Assembly: GCF_963921235.1 (NCBI RefSeq)
Contig: NC_086107.1
Coordinates: 99,698,001-99,762,000, forward strand
DNA from: Mobula hypostoma
Lineage: Eukaryota
Length of the DNA: 64,000 bases
Reading direction: 5' to 3'
Positions within the stretch are counted from its first letter, which is position 1. Each line of letters starts with the position of its first letter. The notes under the pieces were generated by a model. It had not been told where the DNA came from, did not search any database, and worked only from the letters and a program-made list of their open reading frames with translations. The position numbers and the translations under genes were made by a program. Positions 25,518-35,699 of this stretch are shown piece after piece.

Positions 25518-27892
25518 ATGGAGGCTGAGGAATTTACAAAGGCACCGACCTTGGAGGCATTAGAGGATGCCAGGAAATCGGAATTGGTAGCTGTGGCCAA
25601 ACGGTTGACTCTTGCTAAGGGGAAGTCGACAATGAGGAGAGAGGAGATACACAGAGCTATCGTAGAGCACTATGTATCTAAAGGTGTGTTTCCCCAAGGC
25701 GAGCTGGAGGTGGTGTCTATTGAAAAACCTGCTGGAGACGCGGTACAGGTGCAGCTTGAAAAACTGAGACTCGAGCACGAGTTCCGGGTACGGCAGTTGG
25801 AGCGAGAAGAGAAAGAGAGGGACAGACAGTTGGAGAGAGAAGAGTTAAAAAGGTGGGAGAGAGAGAGAGAGAGAGACAGCTGGAGTGAGAGGAGAAACAG
25901 AGGGAAAGGGAATTCGAGCTGGAGAAGTTAAGGATAAGGGCAGAGCAGGGGCTCTTGCCGAACCAAGGTGGAGGGTTCTGGGCGATCCAGGAGGTTAGGC
26001 TGGTTCCCGCATTTGACAATACCGACGTGGATCGGTACTTTCTCCATTTCGAAAAAGTGGCTATAAGTCAGGACTGGCTGAGGGATAAGTGGGTTGTTTT
26101 GCTTCAGAGTGTACTGAAAGGGAAAGCCCAAGAAGCTTACTCAGCTTTGTCGGCGGAAGATGCCCAGAGGTACGAGGTGGTGAAAGAGGCCATCCTCAGG
26201 ATTTATGAGTTGGTCCCGGAGGCATACCGACAGAGGTTCCGGAATGCGAGGAAGCGGTGGGACCACACGTATTTAGAGTTTGCCCGTGAGATGCAGACAT
26301 ATTGTGAGCGTTGGTGCGCCTCGAAGGGGGTAGAGGGGGATTATGACAGACTGCTACAGCTGATCCTGATTGAGCAGTTTAAAGGTTGTGTCCCTGAGGG
26401 TATGAGACCCTACCTAGATGAGAAAGAGGCAGCCACGTTAGCCACAACTGCTAAGTTAGCGGATGAGTATGCGTTGACGCATAAAATGAAGTTTGCCCCG
26501 AGTAAAGGCTACCAGAAGGGTAGTCAGGACGGCAGGGAGAGTCCGCCGGAAAAGTCAGAAAGTAAGCCGGGGACTAGTGAGAAGGATAAGGTAGACCGGG
26601 AGCAGTCTGGTAGGAAGTCTCCTGGGGTCGTCTGTTATAATTGCGGGAAAGTTGGACACTTTGCGTCCAGGTGCTTTGCCCCAAAGAAGGAGACGGGAAA
26701 AGGAAAAACGGCGATTTTGACTGGCTGTATCGAGCTGGTAAACGAACCGCTAGGGAAGGACAGGTCTGCCAAAGTTCAGGAAGGGCGCGAGAGGTTTATC
26801 TCGGCCGGATTGGAGTCAGTGAAGGAGGGGTTAAAACCAGTTCCAGTGCAGATCTGGAAAGACACGGGAGCGTGTCAGTCACTAATACTGAAGAGTGTAT
26901 TAGAGTTTAGCTCAGAGACCCAGACTGGGGAGGTCAAGGTCAAAGGTATTGGAGAAGGGACAGAGACAGTCCCTTTGCACCAGGTAGACTTACAAAGCAA
27001 CCTGGTCTCTGGACTAGTCACAGTCGGGGTGAGGTCCAAATTACCGATGAAAGGCATGGAAGTCTTGCTCGGTAATGACCTCGCCGGGGAAATCGTGTTC
27101 CTAGCCATGAGATTGACAGGTCAGCCTGCCAGCATTGAGGCCCTGCCCATGGACTCACAGGTTCATCACGGGACCGCGGTAGTAAATTTAGCTGAAACGT
27201 TTCTGCCAGCCTTGTACAAGAAGGGGGTAGAAAGTGAAAAGAAGGAGTGTAGTGAGGCAAGAGGTAGTGAGGGAGCTGAGACAGATGTAGCATTAACCAG
27301 GAAAGAATTTGTGCAGACGCAGGAGCGAGACGAGGGGCTGATGGTTTTGGCAGAGACAGCTCTCTCTGACACTGACTTGACAAGGGAACTAGTAGGCTAT
27401 TGTGCGGAGGAGGAAGTGCTAAGGAAGAAAGGGAAATCAAGTACAGTACCCGCAGATGAGGAATGGGGGGTGGTGCAAAAGAGCTATGGGGATGAGGTTT
27501 TTAACCTGGCTCACAAGGTACCCCTCGGTGGACATTTTGCGGTACTGGAGGGAACAGTTGGTGGAATCATGAAAGAGGTTTACCGGCTGCCCAGGGGGAA
27601 GGATGTTATTGATTATGGTCGACGCGAACTGAGACGGTCACCGGCTTTTGATATGCTAACAAACCTAGTCGGTGTTAGCGCGGAAATCAATGAAGCTAGG
27701 GTACCCCCGATAAGAGAAAAAAAACATTTTGAAAAGATGAGTATGGTATCGACCAGATGGGAGAAGGCTATTGTTTTGGCCAGGTCTGCTGATAAGGTCT
27801 CTCCCTTAATCCCCGAACAAAGCGACTCTTTAGGAGAAGTAATTAAACGACTCGCACCCGTGTGTTTGGTTGTCCCGAGGCGATGCAAATAA
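25518..27892 (+). pseudogene. Retrotransposon gag (coiled coil, SCAN-like capsid, CCHC knuckle) plus aspartic protease and integrase H2C2 remnant
   Basis: ATG at 25518, a frameshift in the (GA)n run near 25860 and one TGA, then 645 open codons. Motifs: PEAYRQRFR...LILIEQF, CYNCGKVGHFASRC, KDTGACQSL, LLGNDL, LAHKVPLGGH. Confidence 0.85.
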
Positions 27893-27952
27893 CTGGGACG
27901 TTGGATGGTGTCTGTTACACTAGGGTAACCTAGCAAGCAACATTCATATAGA

Positions 27953-28465
27953 ATGAGTAATTCAGTGACTAAAGGGCTGACGAACACAGAGGTGTGTATT
28001 GGCAATGTAATACGGCTGTCTGAAGCCAGCTTGATAGTGAACCTTGAAAAAAATGAATTCGGCCACACAAGGGTCACTTACCTGGGAATTGTGGTGACAC
28101 AGGGGCAGCTGGCAGCGATGCAAGCTACAGTGCAGGCTATCTCTGACATCCCAACCCCGACAGACAAGAGGGCCCTCAGAAGGCTCTTGGAGATGGTGGG
28201 GTACTGTAGGAAGTTTTGCAATAACTCTGCGGTCACTACCCCTCCCCCTCCTACTAAGCCCTTGCGAGAGAAAACTAAGTCGGAATGGGACGACCCTTGT
28301 TATTGTGGTCCGGGACAAAACCAAATGAGAGATTACATTGATCGCAATTCATCAGTGTTTTTGGCCACTATGAAGTTTGCTAAGTTGGAGCCTGGTCTAA
28401 GGGATTATTAATAACACATATAAAAGGAACAGAAAATGTGATGGCTGACTGTCTGTCAGGTGTTG
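27953..28465 (+). pseudogene. Decayed RT thumb/connection and RNase H C-terminal remnants
   Basis: LIVNLEKNEFGHTRVTYLG, RALRRLLEMVGYCRKF and ITHIKGTENVMADCLS. No YxDD catalytic motif seen. Confidence 0.75.
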
Positions 28466-29614
28466 ACAACTTCAAACTCGCTGTGTTAGCCAAATAGCTG
28501 ATAAAGATGTATACTTGTGTGTGTATCAAATAATGTATTCATGTTTGTAATTTTTACCCCCCGGTAAAAATCCTTAAAGGGGGGAAGTGTGACGAGAATA
28601 CACATAGATTAAGATGTTAGCTGGCCTGTGCTGGCACCAGTGGGATCAGCAGTTGGTCTGCCACCTGTCTTCAGGAGAGAGAGAGATAAGGAAAACAATG
28701 GAGCAGCATTTGGAGATGTGTAATGAAGGGACGGGAGAGAGTAGCAGAAGGAGAGCTGTCAAGATCGGCTCCCCCTTTGAACCCTGAACTGTTTGAAGTG
28801 ATGGACAGGCGATACCCCAGCAGGGGGATAAAAAGGGACAGGTTCACTAAGGCAACACACACACAACACCCGAGGTAACGAGACCCTGGAAGCGGTGCGC
28901 CTCTCACAAGTCGGTGGGAAGCGTTTGGATGGCTGATCGCGGGATCAAGCCATAGACGCTCAGGGTAGAAAGGCACGATCGGCGGGAACCTGGTGTGTGT
29001 CCACCCTTGCCTGGGTGCCAGGTTCACCGCAGGGAAACGATTCGTATCTGGAAATGGAGGGGTCACGGTCGGTGACCTCAGATGACATCACAAAGGGCTC
29101 GCACGAAAGCTGACTGCGAAGGTCTGTGTGTGGAAGCCGTTTGAATATTCATTTGTTTTGCTCTCTCTCTCCTTCCCCCCACTGTCTGCGAACTGAACTG
29201 AACTAAATTGAACTGAACTTTGTGTCACTTTGAAACTGGTCATTTGCCCCTAGACAGCGATAGAGCTTGATTGATCCTGTTATCTTAATTCTGTGTACAT
29301 GTATGTTTATCATTGCTGAACTGTTGCATTTATTATCCTTTTGATTAGAGTACTGTGTTGCTTGTTTCTTTAATAAAACTTCCTTAGTTCTAGTAATCCA
29401 GACTCCAACTGAGTGATCCATTTCTGCTGGTTTGGCAAACCCAGTTACGGGGTACGTAACAGTATGGTCAACAGGCTCCTAGAAGACAGCGGCGTGGCTA
29501 ATGTAGGTGAACTGAACACACTGATGAGGGTGAGGGAGAAGTGGAGAGTCCGTCATCGTGGCCGATGCCAGCCCCCTAGGCCTGAATCAACATAGTAATA
29601 GTAGTGCCATCCTT

Positions 29615-29995
29615 CAAGAATACTGTAACATTTTCATTTCTTTTTCCCTGGCTTAAAGCCAAATACAGCTGACCATGCTGGAATATTGGTTTCTCCAAAT
29701 AAATCAACACATTCTCCATGGTTTGACCTTGCTCCTTGTATGTAGTCATAGCAAAGCATGACTGTATCGGGAACTGACTCCTCTGAAGAGGGACATCTTC
29801 CCCTTCTGATAAACTGAGAGTAATTCTTGGGATCATGACAATGTCATTTTTGAATGCACCAATGTTTATCTTTGCTACGATGAGATTGTCGTTCAGTTCG
29901 TCCACCATCATTCGCGTTCCATTGCGAAGCCTCGGTGGATCCAAGTTCCTCATTGAAATGATGGGAGACCCCCTCTTCAATTCCAGTTTATGTGG
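29615..29995 (-). pseudogene. Helitron PIF1-family helicase C-terminal fragment
   Basis: PPHKLELKRGSPIISMRNL...NGTR...IPRI...QFPIQSCFAMTTYKEQGQT...HGQLYLALS. Confidence 0.85.
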
Positions 29996-30356
29996 TGGCT
30001 GCTGTGAGCATCGTGAGGTGCTGCTGAGGCTGGCCGTGTGCACGCGTCGCGGTGTCGTGTCGCGGTTTCCATGAAAGGTGGAATCGGCTCGGGTTGTGGA
30101 AAACGGGGCCTGTTGATGGACGAGTGAACAATTTTATATGAATATATAACCCTGAACTTTGCATGCATTCTGTAAGTTAGCGCTTTTTAAGTTGATTTAG
30201 TCAAAAAAAGTGCCGCTGTAATGCACCATTTGGGCTAATTAGAGGTCACAAACAGACAAACAGAGCATGAGAATTTTAGTAGTATGTAAATTATTATTAT
30301 AAAAAGCAATAAATACTGAGGACATGAGATTAAGAATCCTTGAAAATGAGATCCGA

Positions 30357-33167
30357 CAGTGCCTATAAAAAGTAACTCCCTTTGGGAGTTTTTATGTTTT
30401 AATGTTTTGCAACATTGAATCACAGTGGATTTAATTTGGCTTTTTTAACACCGATCAACAGAAAAAGACTCATGTCAAAGTGAAATCAGATCTCTACAGG
30501 GTGATCTAAATTAATTCCAAATACAAAACACAAAATAATTGATTGCATAAGTATTCACCTCCTTTAATATGATACTCCAAATCATCACTGGTGCAGCCAG
30601 ATGGTTTTAGAAGTCACATAATCAGTTAGGGTGTCCTAGCTATTTATATAAACCTCTGTGCAATCAAAACGTTTCAATGGGCTGTAGCAAAAATACACCC
30701 GTATCTAGAAGGTCCAACTGCTGGTGAGTCAGTATCCTGACAAAAACTACACCATGAAGACAAAAGAACACTCCAAGCAACTCTGCGAAAAGGTTATTGA
30801 AAAGCACAAGTCAGGAGATGGATACTAGAAAATTCCAAGATGCTAAATATCCCTTGGAGTACAGTTAAGTCATTCATCAAAAAATGGAAAGAATATGGTA
30901 CAGCTGTAAATCTGCCTAGAGCAGGCCATCCTCAAAAACTGAGTGACCGTGCAAGAAAGGGACTAGTGAGGGAGGCTACCAGAAGATCTATGACAATTCT
31001 GGAGGAGTTACAAGATTCAGTGGCTGAGATGGGAGAGATTGCATACTGCAATGGTTGCCCGGGTTCTTCACCAGTTGCAGCTTTATGGGAGAGTGGCAAA
31101 GAGAAACCACTGTTGAAAAAAACTCACATGAAATCTCAGCCAGAGTTTGCCAGAAGGCATGTGGGAGACTCTGAAGTCAGCTGGAAGAAGTTTCTATGGT
31201 TTGATGAAACCAAAATTCAGCTTTTTGGCCATCAGACTAAATGCTATGTCTGGTGTAAGCCAAACACTGCGCATCATCAAAAACACACCATCACTAGCAT
31301 GAAACCTGGTGGTGGCTGCATCATGCTGTGGGGACGCTTCACTGCAGCAGACCCTGGAAGGCTTGTGAAGGTAGAGGGTAAAATGAATGCAGCAAAATAC
31401 AGGGAAATCCTGGAGGAAAACCTGATGCAGTCTGCAAGAGAACTGCAACTTGGAAGATTTGTTTTCCAGCATGACAATGACCCCAAGCATACAGCCAAAG
31501 CTACACAGGAATGGCTTAAAAACAACAAAGGTAATGTCCTGGAGTGGCCAATCCAGAGTTCAGACCTCAATCCAATTGAGAATTTGTGGCTGGACTTGAA
31601 AATGACTGTTCACTCACTTTTGACAAGGTCCCACACAGGAGATTAGTGTGCAAACTTAAAGCACATGGTATTGGGGGTAAGGTATTGGTGTGGGTGGAGA
31701 ATTGGTTAGCAGACAGGAAGCAAAGAGTGGGAATAAACGGGACCTTTTCAGAATGGCAGGCGGTGACTAGTGGGGTACCGCAAGGCTCAGTGCTGGGACC
31801 CCAGTTGTTTACAATATATATTAATGACTTGGATGAGGGAATTAAATGCAGCATCTCCAAGTTTGCGGATGACACGAAGCTGGGTGGCAGTGTTAGCAGT
31901 GAGGAGGATGCTAAGAGGATGCAGGGTGACTTGGATAGGTTGGGTGAGTGGGCAAACTCATGGCAGATGCAATTTAATGTGGATAAATGTGAAGTTATCC
32001 ACTTTGGTGGCAAAAATAGGAAAACAGATTATTATCTGAATGGTGGCCGATTAGGAAAAGGGGAGGTGCAACGAGACCTGGGTGTCATTATACACCAGTC
32101 ATTGAAAGTGGGCATGCAGGTACAGCAGGCGGTGAAAAAGGCGAACGGTATGCTGGCATTTATAGCGAGAGGATTCGAGTACAGGAGCAGGGAGGTACTA
32201 CTGCAGTTGTACAAGGCCTTGGTGAGACCACACCTGGAGTATTGTGTGCAGTTTTGGTCCCCTAATCTGAGGAAAGACATCCTTGCCATAGAGGGAGTAC
32301 AAAGAAGGTTCACCAGATTGATTCCTGGGATGGCAGGTCTTTCATATGAAGAAAGACTGGATGAACTGGGCTTGTACTCGTTGGAATTTAGAAGATTGAG
32401 GGGGGATCTGATTGAAACGTATAAGATCCTAAAGGGATTGGACAGGCTAGATGCGGGAAGATTGTTCCCGATGTTGGGGAGGTCTAGAACGAGGGGTCAC
32501 AGTTTGAGGATAGAGGGGAAGCCTTTTAGGACCGAGGTTAGGAAAAACTTCTTCACACAGAGAGTGGTGAATCTGTGGAATTCTCTGCCACAGCAAACTG
32601 TTGAGGCCAGTTCATTAGCTATGTTTAAAAGGAAGTTAGATATGGCCCTTGTGGCTACAGGGGTCACGGGGTATGGAGGGAAGGCTGGGTTCTGAGTTGG
32701 ATGATCAGCCATGATCATAATAAATGGCGGTGCAGGCTCGAAGGGCCGAATGGCCTACTCCTGCACCTATTTTCTATGTTTCTATGTCTATGTTTCTAAT
32801 CCTCATGCAATCTGACAGAGCTTGTGCAGTTTTATAAAGAATAATAGGGAAAAGTTGCAGTGTCCTGATCTGCAATGCTGATAGAGACCTATCCACATAG
32901 ACTCAAGGCTGTAATTGTTGCCAAAGGTACATTTACTAAATATTGATTTGAAGGGGGTGAGTAATTATGCAATCTATTATTTTGTGTTTATTAAATGTAA
33001 TAAATTTTGACCAATTTGTAGAAATTTGTTTTTACTTTGACACAAAAGAGTCTTTTCTGTTGATCAGTTTTTTTAAAAATCAAACTAAATCCACTGTGAT
33101 TCAATGTTGTAAAACAATAAAACATGAAAACTTCTAAGTGGGGTGTGAATACTTTTTATAGGCACTG
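30357..33167 (+). mobile_element. Tc1-like transposon (long TIRs of about 200 bp) with a disrupted DD34E-type transposase at 30754-32946
   Basis: TIR CAGTGCCTATAAAAAGTA with its inverse at the right end, followed by TA (the left flank reads GA). Motifs WFDETK, QHDNDPKH and DLNPIENLW. The C-terminus resumes after the CR1 insert. Confidence 0.92.
31618..32797 (+). mobile_element. Young 5'-truncated CR1-type LINE inserted in the Tc1 transposase
   Basis: Uninterrupted RT ORF from FDKVPHRRL through GVPQGSVLGP and KFADDTK to the stop at 32695, then a 3' UTR and (TTCTATGT)n tail. No TSD. Confidence 0.92.
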
Positions 33168-34451
33168 TAGGTTGTAGGAACATTTCAGTGATGGGCAAGT
33201 GAAGTTATCCCCTTTCATTCAAGAGCTTGATGATTATGGGGCAATAACTATTCCTGAACCTGGTGATGCAAGTCCTGAGGCTCCTGTACCTTCTGATGGC
33301 AGCAGCGAGAACAGAGCATGGCCTGGATGATGGGAGTCCTTGATGATAGATTTCCCGTGACAGTGTTTTGTGTAAATGTACACAGTGGAGACGACACCAC
33401 AATGGTGGGGAGGACCTTACCCGTAATGGACCGGGCCACATTCACTGCTTTTTGTTGGATTTTCAGGTCAAGGCATTGGTGCCACGAAACAACAAATTTC
33501 ACGACTAATGCCAGTGACAAAAACCTGGTTCTGATCCTGATTCTCTGTGCCATCTGTCTGAAACTGAATCAGAGTGTTCATTCCCTTGACCCACAGATTG
33601 ATTTGGGACATCATAGTCGTGCTCTACGACTCTAAGTTCTTCCCTCCACGGCTGCTGCCTGTCCTGCTGAGTATTTCCAGAAGTGCCTGATTTTGTTTCA
33701 TATTTCCAGTGCTGTTCTGACACTGCCTAAGGAGTTAACAGGCATGGACTGTTCTCTGTCATTGGTATGGGAAACATTCTTTACTGTAAGGAGTTAGCAG
33801 GCATGGAGTGGTCTGCATCGTCTGTGTGGGAGACATTCCTATCATTTTACATTCACACTTTCTTCTGAAATAAGCCATTGGTTCTCTGCCAGCTCTTTAG
33901 ACCAATCCCGTTGTTGCTTTTCTCCCTCTAACCTCTCTCTCATATTCACCCACTCCCTCCTCATTCTGGAATTGAGGGCAGCTAATCAAGCCACCAGCAC
34001 ATCCGTGCGAGGAAGCCAGAGCAACTACAAAAAGCCCACGTGGCCACGGAGACAGTGTACAGTCTCTCCCTGACTGAACCCAAATCGCTGCACTGTTTGG
34101 CAGCAAGGCCTGGGCTTCGGCAAGTATTTTCATTTCTGCCCGGCCTAGGAGAGGGGAGTACTCACTGTGTTGGACAAGTCACTGTGACCCCAAAATCATT
34201 TCCCAGTTTCTGATTAGTTAATAAACGTTCTGTAAAAGTAACCTGGAAAAGAGCCTCAGATCAGAAAAGCACAGATACGTCCAATGGTGCCCGTGTCTAT
34301 TAAGTTCATTGTCTTTTGTGTGGATGAGACGTGAAACCAGGCTTCCAGAGGACGTTATTGTGGAGGAATAAATGTGACTGAAAACTGATAAATCCCCAGG
34401 GACAGATAACCTGATTCTGAGAGCCAAAGGGAGGGAGACAATTAGAGAATA

Positions 34452-34602
34452 TACCAGTTGTCATCACTGGTCGATAAAGGATGTACCAGCTGTCATCACT
34501 GGTCGATAAAGGATGTACCAGCTGTCATCATTGGTCGATAAAGGATGTAACAGCTGTCATCATTGGTTGAGAAAGGATGTACCAGCTGATATCATTGGTT
34601 GA
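34452..34602. repeat. 32-bp minisatellite, about 4.7 copies
   Basis: Unit taccagctgtcatcactggtcgataaaggatg at 34452, 34484, 34516, 34548 and 34580. Confidence 0.9.
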
Positions 34603-34671
34603 TGTGTCAGTTGTTAAGGATATATTAGTTGTCATAATTGGTTAGCGCAGAATGTATGTTATAATAGGTTG

Positions 34672-34977
34672 ATAGGCATCCGTTCGTCTCATGAGACCAT
34701 CGATTTGTGCCTTGGAAGGTTTCCAGGGCGCAGGCCTGGGCAAGGTTGTATGGAAGACTGGCAGTTGCCTGTGCTGCAAGTCTCCCCTCTCCATGCCACT
34801 GATGTTGTCCAAGGGAAGGGCATTAGGACCCATACAGCTTGGCACCAGTGTCGTCGCAGAGCAATGTGTGGTTAAGTGCCTTGCTCAAGGACACAACACG
34901 CTGCTTCAGCCAAGGCTTGAACTAGCGACCTTCAGATCACTAGACGAACGGCTTAACCACTTAGCCACGCGCCAACA
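34672..34977 (-). mobile_element. tRNA-derived SINE, same family as 23531-23838
   Basis: High-identity reverse complement. Possible TSD GTTGA. Confidence 0.85.
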
Positions 34978-35699
34978 CGTTGACAGAGAATGTATTGAAC
35001 AGAGACGTAGAACACCAGAGCACAGTGCAGGCCCTTCGGCCCCTGATGTTGTGTTGACCCTTTAACCTCCACACTTCCTGGCGCCAACATAGGATGCCCA
35101 CAAACACAGAACCCAGCAAAATGAAACACTACAAACAAAACAAAACACGCAGACAGTCCTCCAAACCCCTGACAGACCTCCGGGCCTCCAGTCTTTGGCC
35201 ACCAGCTTATAACTTCCAGACCTCCGATCAACTTTCAGGCTTCAGTCTTTGCTATCAACTCCTGGGCCCCGTGGCTCAAACTCGGAACATGTTGACTGAC
35301 CGGCCCTCGTGCCTGCTCTCCTCTCAGGCATGTATCGACCTGGGACAGACTGACATCCGCAGATGCGCTTCGTCCACATTGCTGGCCACTGGAAACGGAT
35401 ATTGTGCTTGACAAATCTGACTGAAATACTTTGAGGAAGTAACTGTGGAACAGATAAGGACGTGAGCTGAATTTAGTTTTCCAGACAACTTTCAGTGCAG
35501 CCCCACCTAAGGTGTCAGTGTGGCAAATTAAAACTCGTTGTTTTAAGGGTTGTCTGTGAAATGTGGATCTAAGCTGGAGATGCTGGGTGGGATGGTCTGT
35601 TCCTGAGCTGTGGTTCTGGTGGCTAAAGAGGGAGAGGTGTTCTGGCTGTAGGAGGACTTCCCACCCAGTCTGTCCCACAGCCAGCTGGAAGTAAAATCA

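Larger units (their letters stand above)
24570..29461 (+). mobile_element. Gmr1-like (Ty3/Gypsy) LTR retrotransposon, non-autonomous
   Basis: LTRs at 24570-25418 and 28588-29461 (TG...CA, about 98% identical by eye). Degenerate tRNA-Pro-like PBS at 25423-25441 and PPT AAAGGGGGGAAG before 28588. Domain order is gag-SCAN-CCHC-protease, then integrase, RT and RNase H remnants. Confidence 0.92.
24205..29604 (+). mobile_element. 5'-truncated RTE-type LINE fragment, split by the LTR element
   Basis: ESILTYGCETWTLTK...RLQLAGHCLRH...GRPPKT|MVNRLLEDSG, a TAG-rich tail, and a 10-bp TSD TGCCATCCTT (24195-24204 and 29605-29614). Confidence 0.8.
24010..30290 (-). mobile_element. Non-autonomous Helitron (about 0.87 kb of its own sequence) interrupted by nested insertions
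   Basis: 3' CTAG at 24010-24013 followed by T, with a GC-rich hairpin at 24021-24039, 11 nt from the end. PIF1-like helicase C-terminus at about 29615-29995 plus 24154-24204. The 5' end reads TT(ACATACTACTAAAA) rather than canonical TC and is followed by CTGT-like repeats. Confidence 0.8.

Noticed and set aside
25955..27892. Domesticated SCAN zinc-finger host gene
   Set aside because: It lies between paired LTRs with PBS and PPT, has no C2H2 array, and the upstream gag is frameshifted.
29576..30043. Host PIF1 helicase gene
   Set aside because: It is an intronless, degenerate C-terminal fragment bounded by Helitron termini.
31586..32695. Tc1-RT fusion protein
   Set aside because: It results from a CR1 insertion into an already mutated transposase, and the frames differ.
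34452..34602. CRISPR-like 32-bp periodicity
   Set aside because: The units are contiguous with no unique spacers, there are no cas genes, and the context is eukaryotic.
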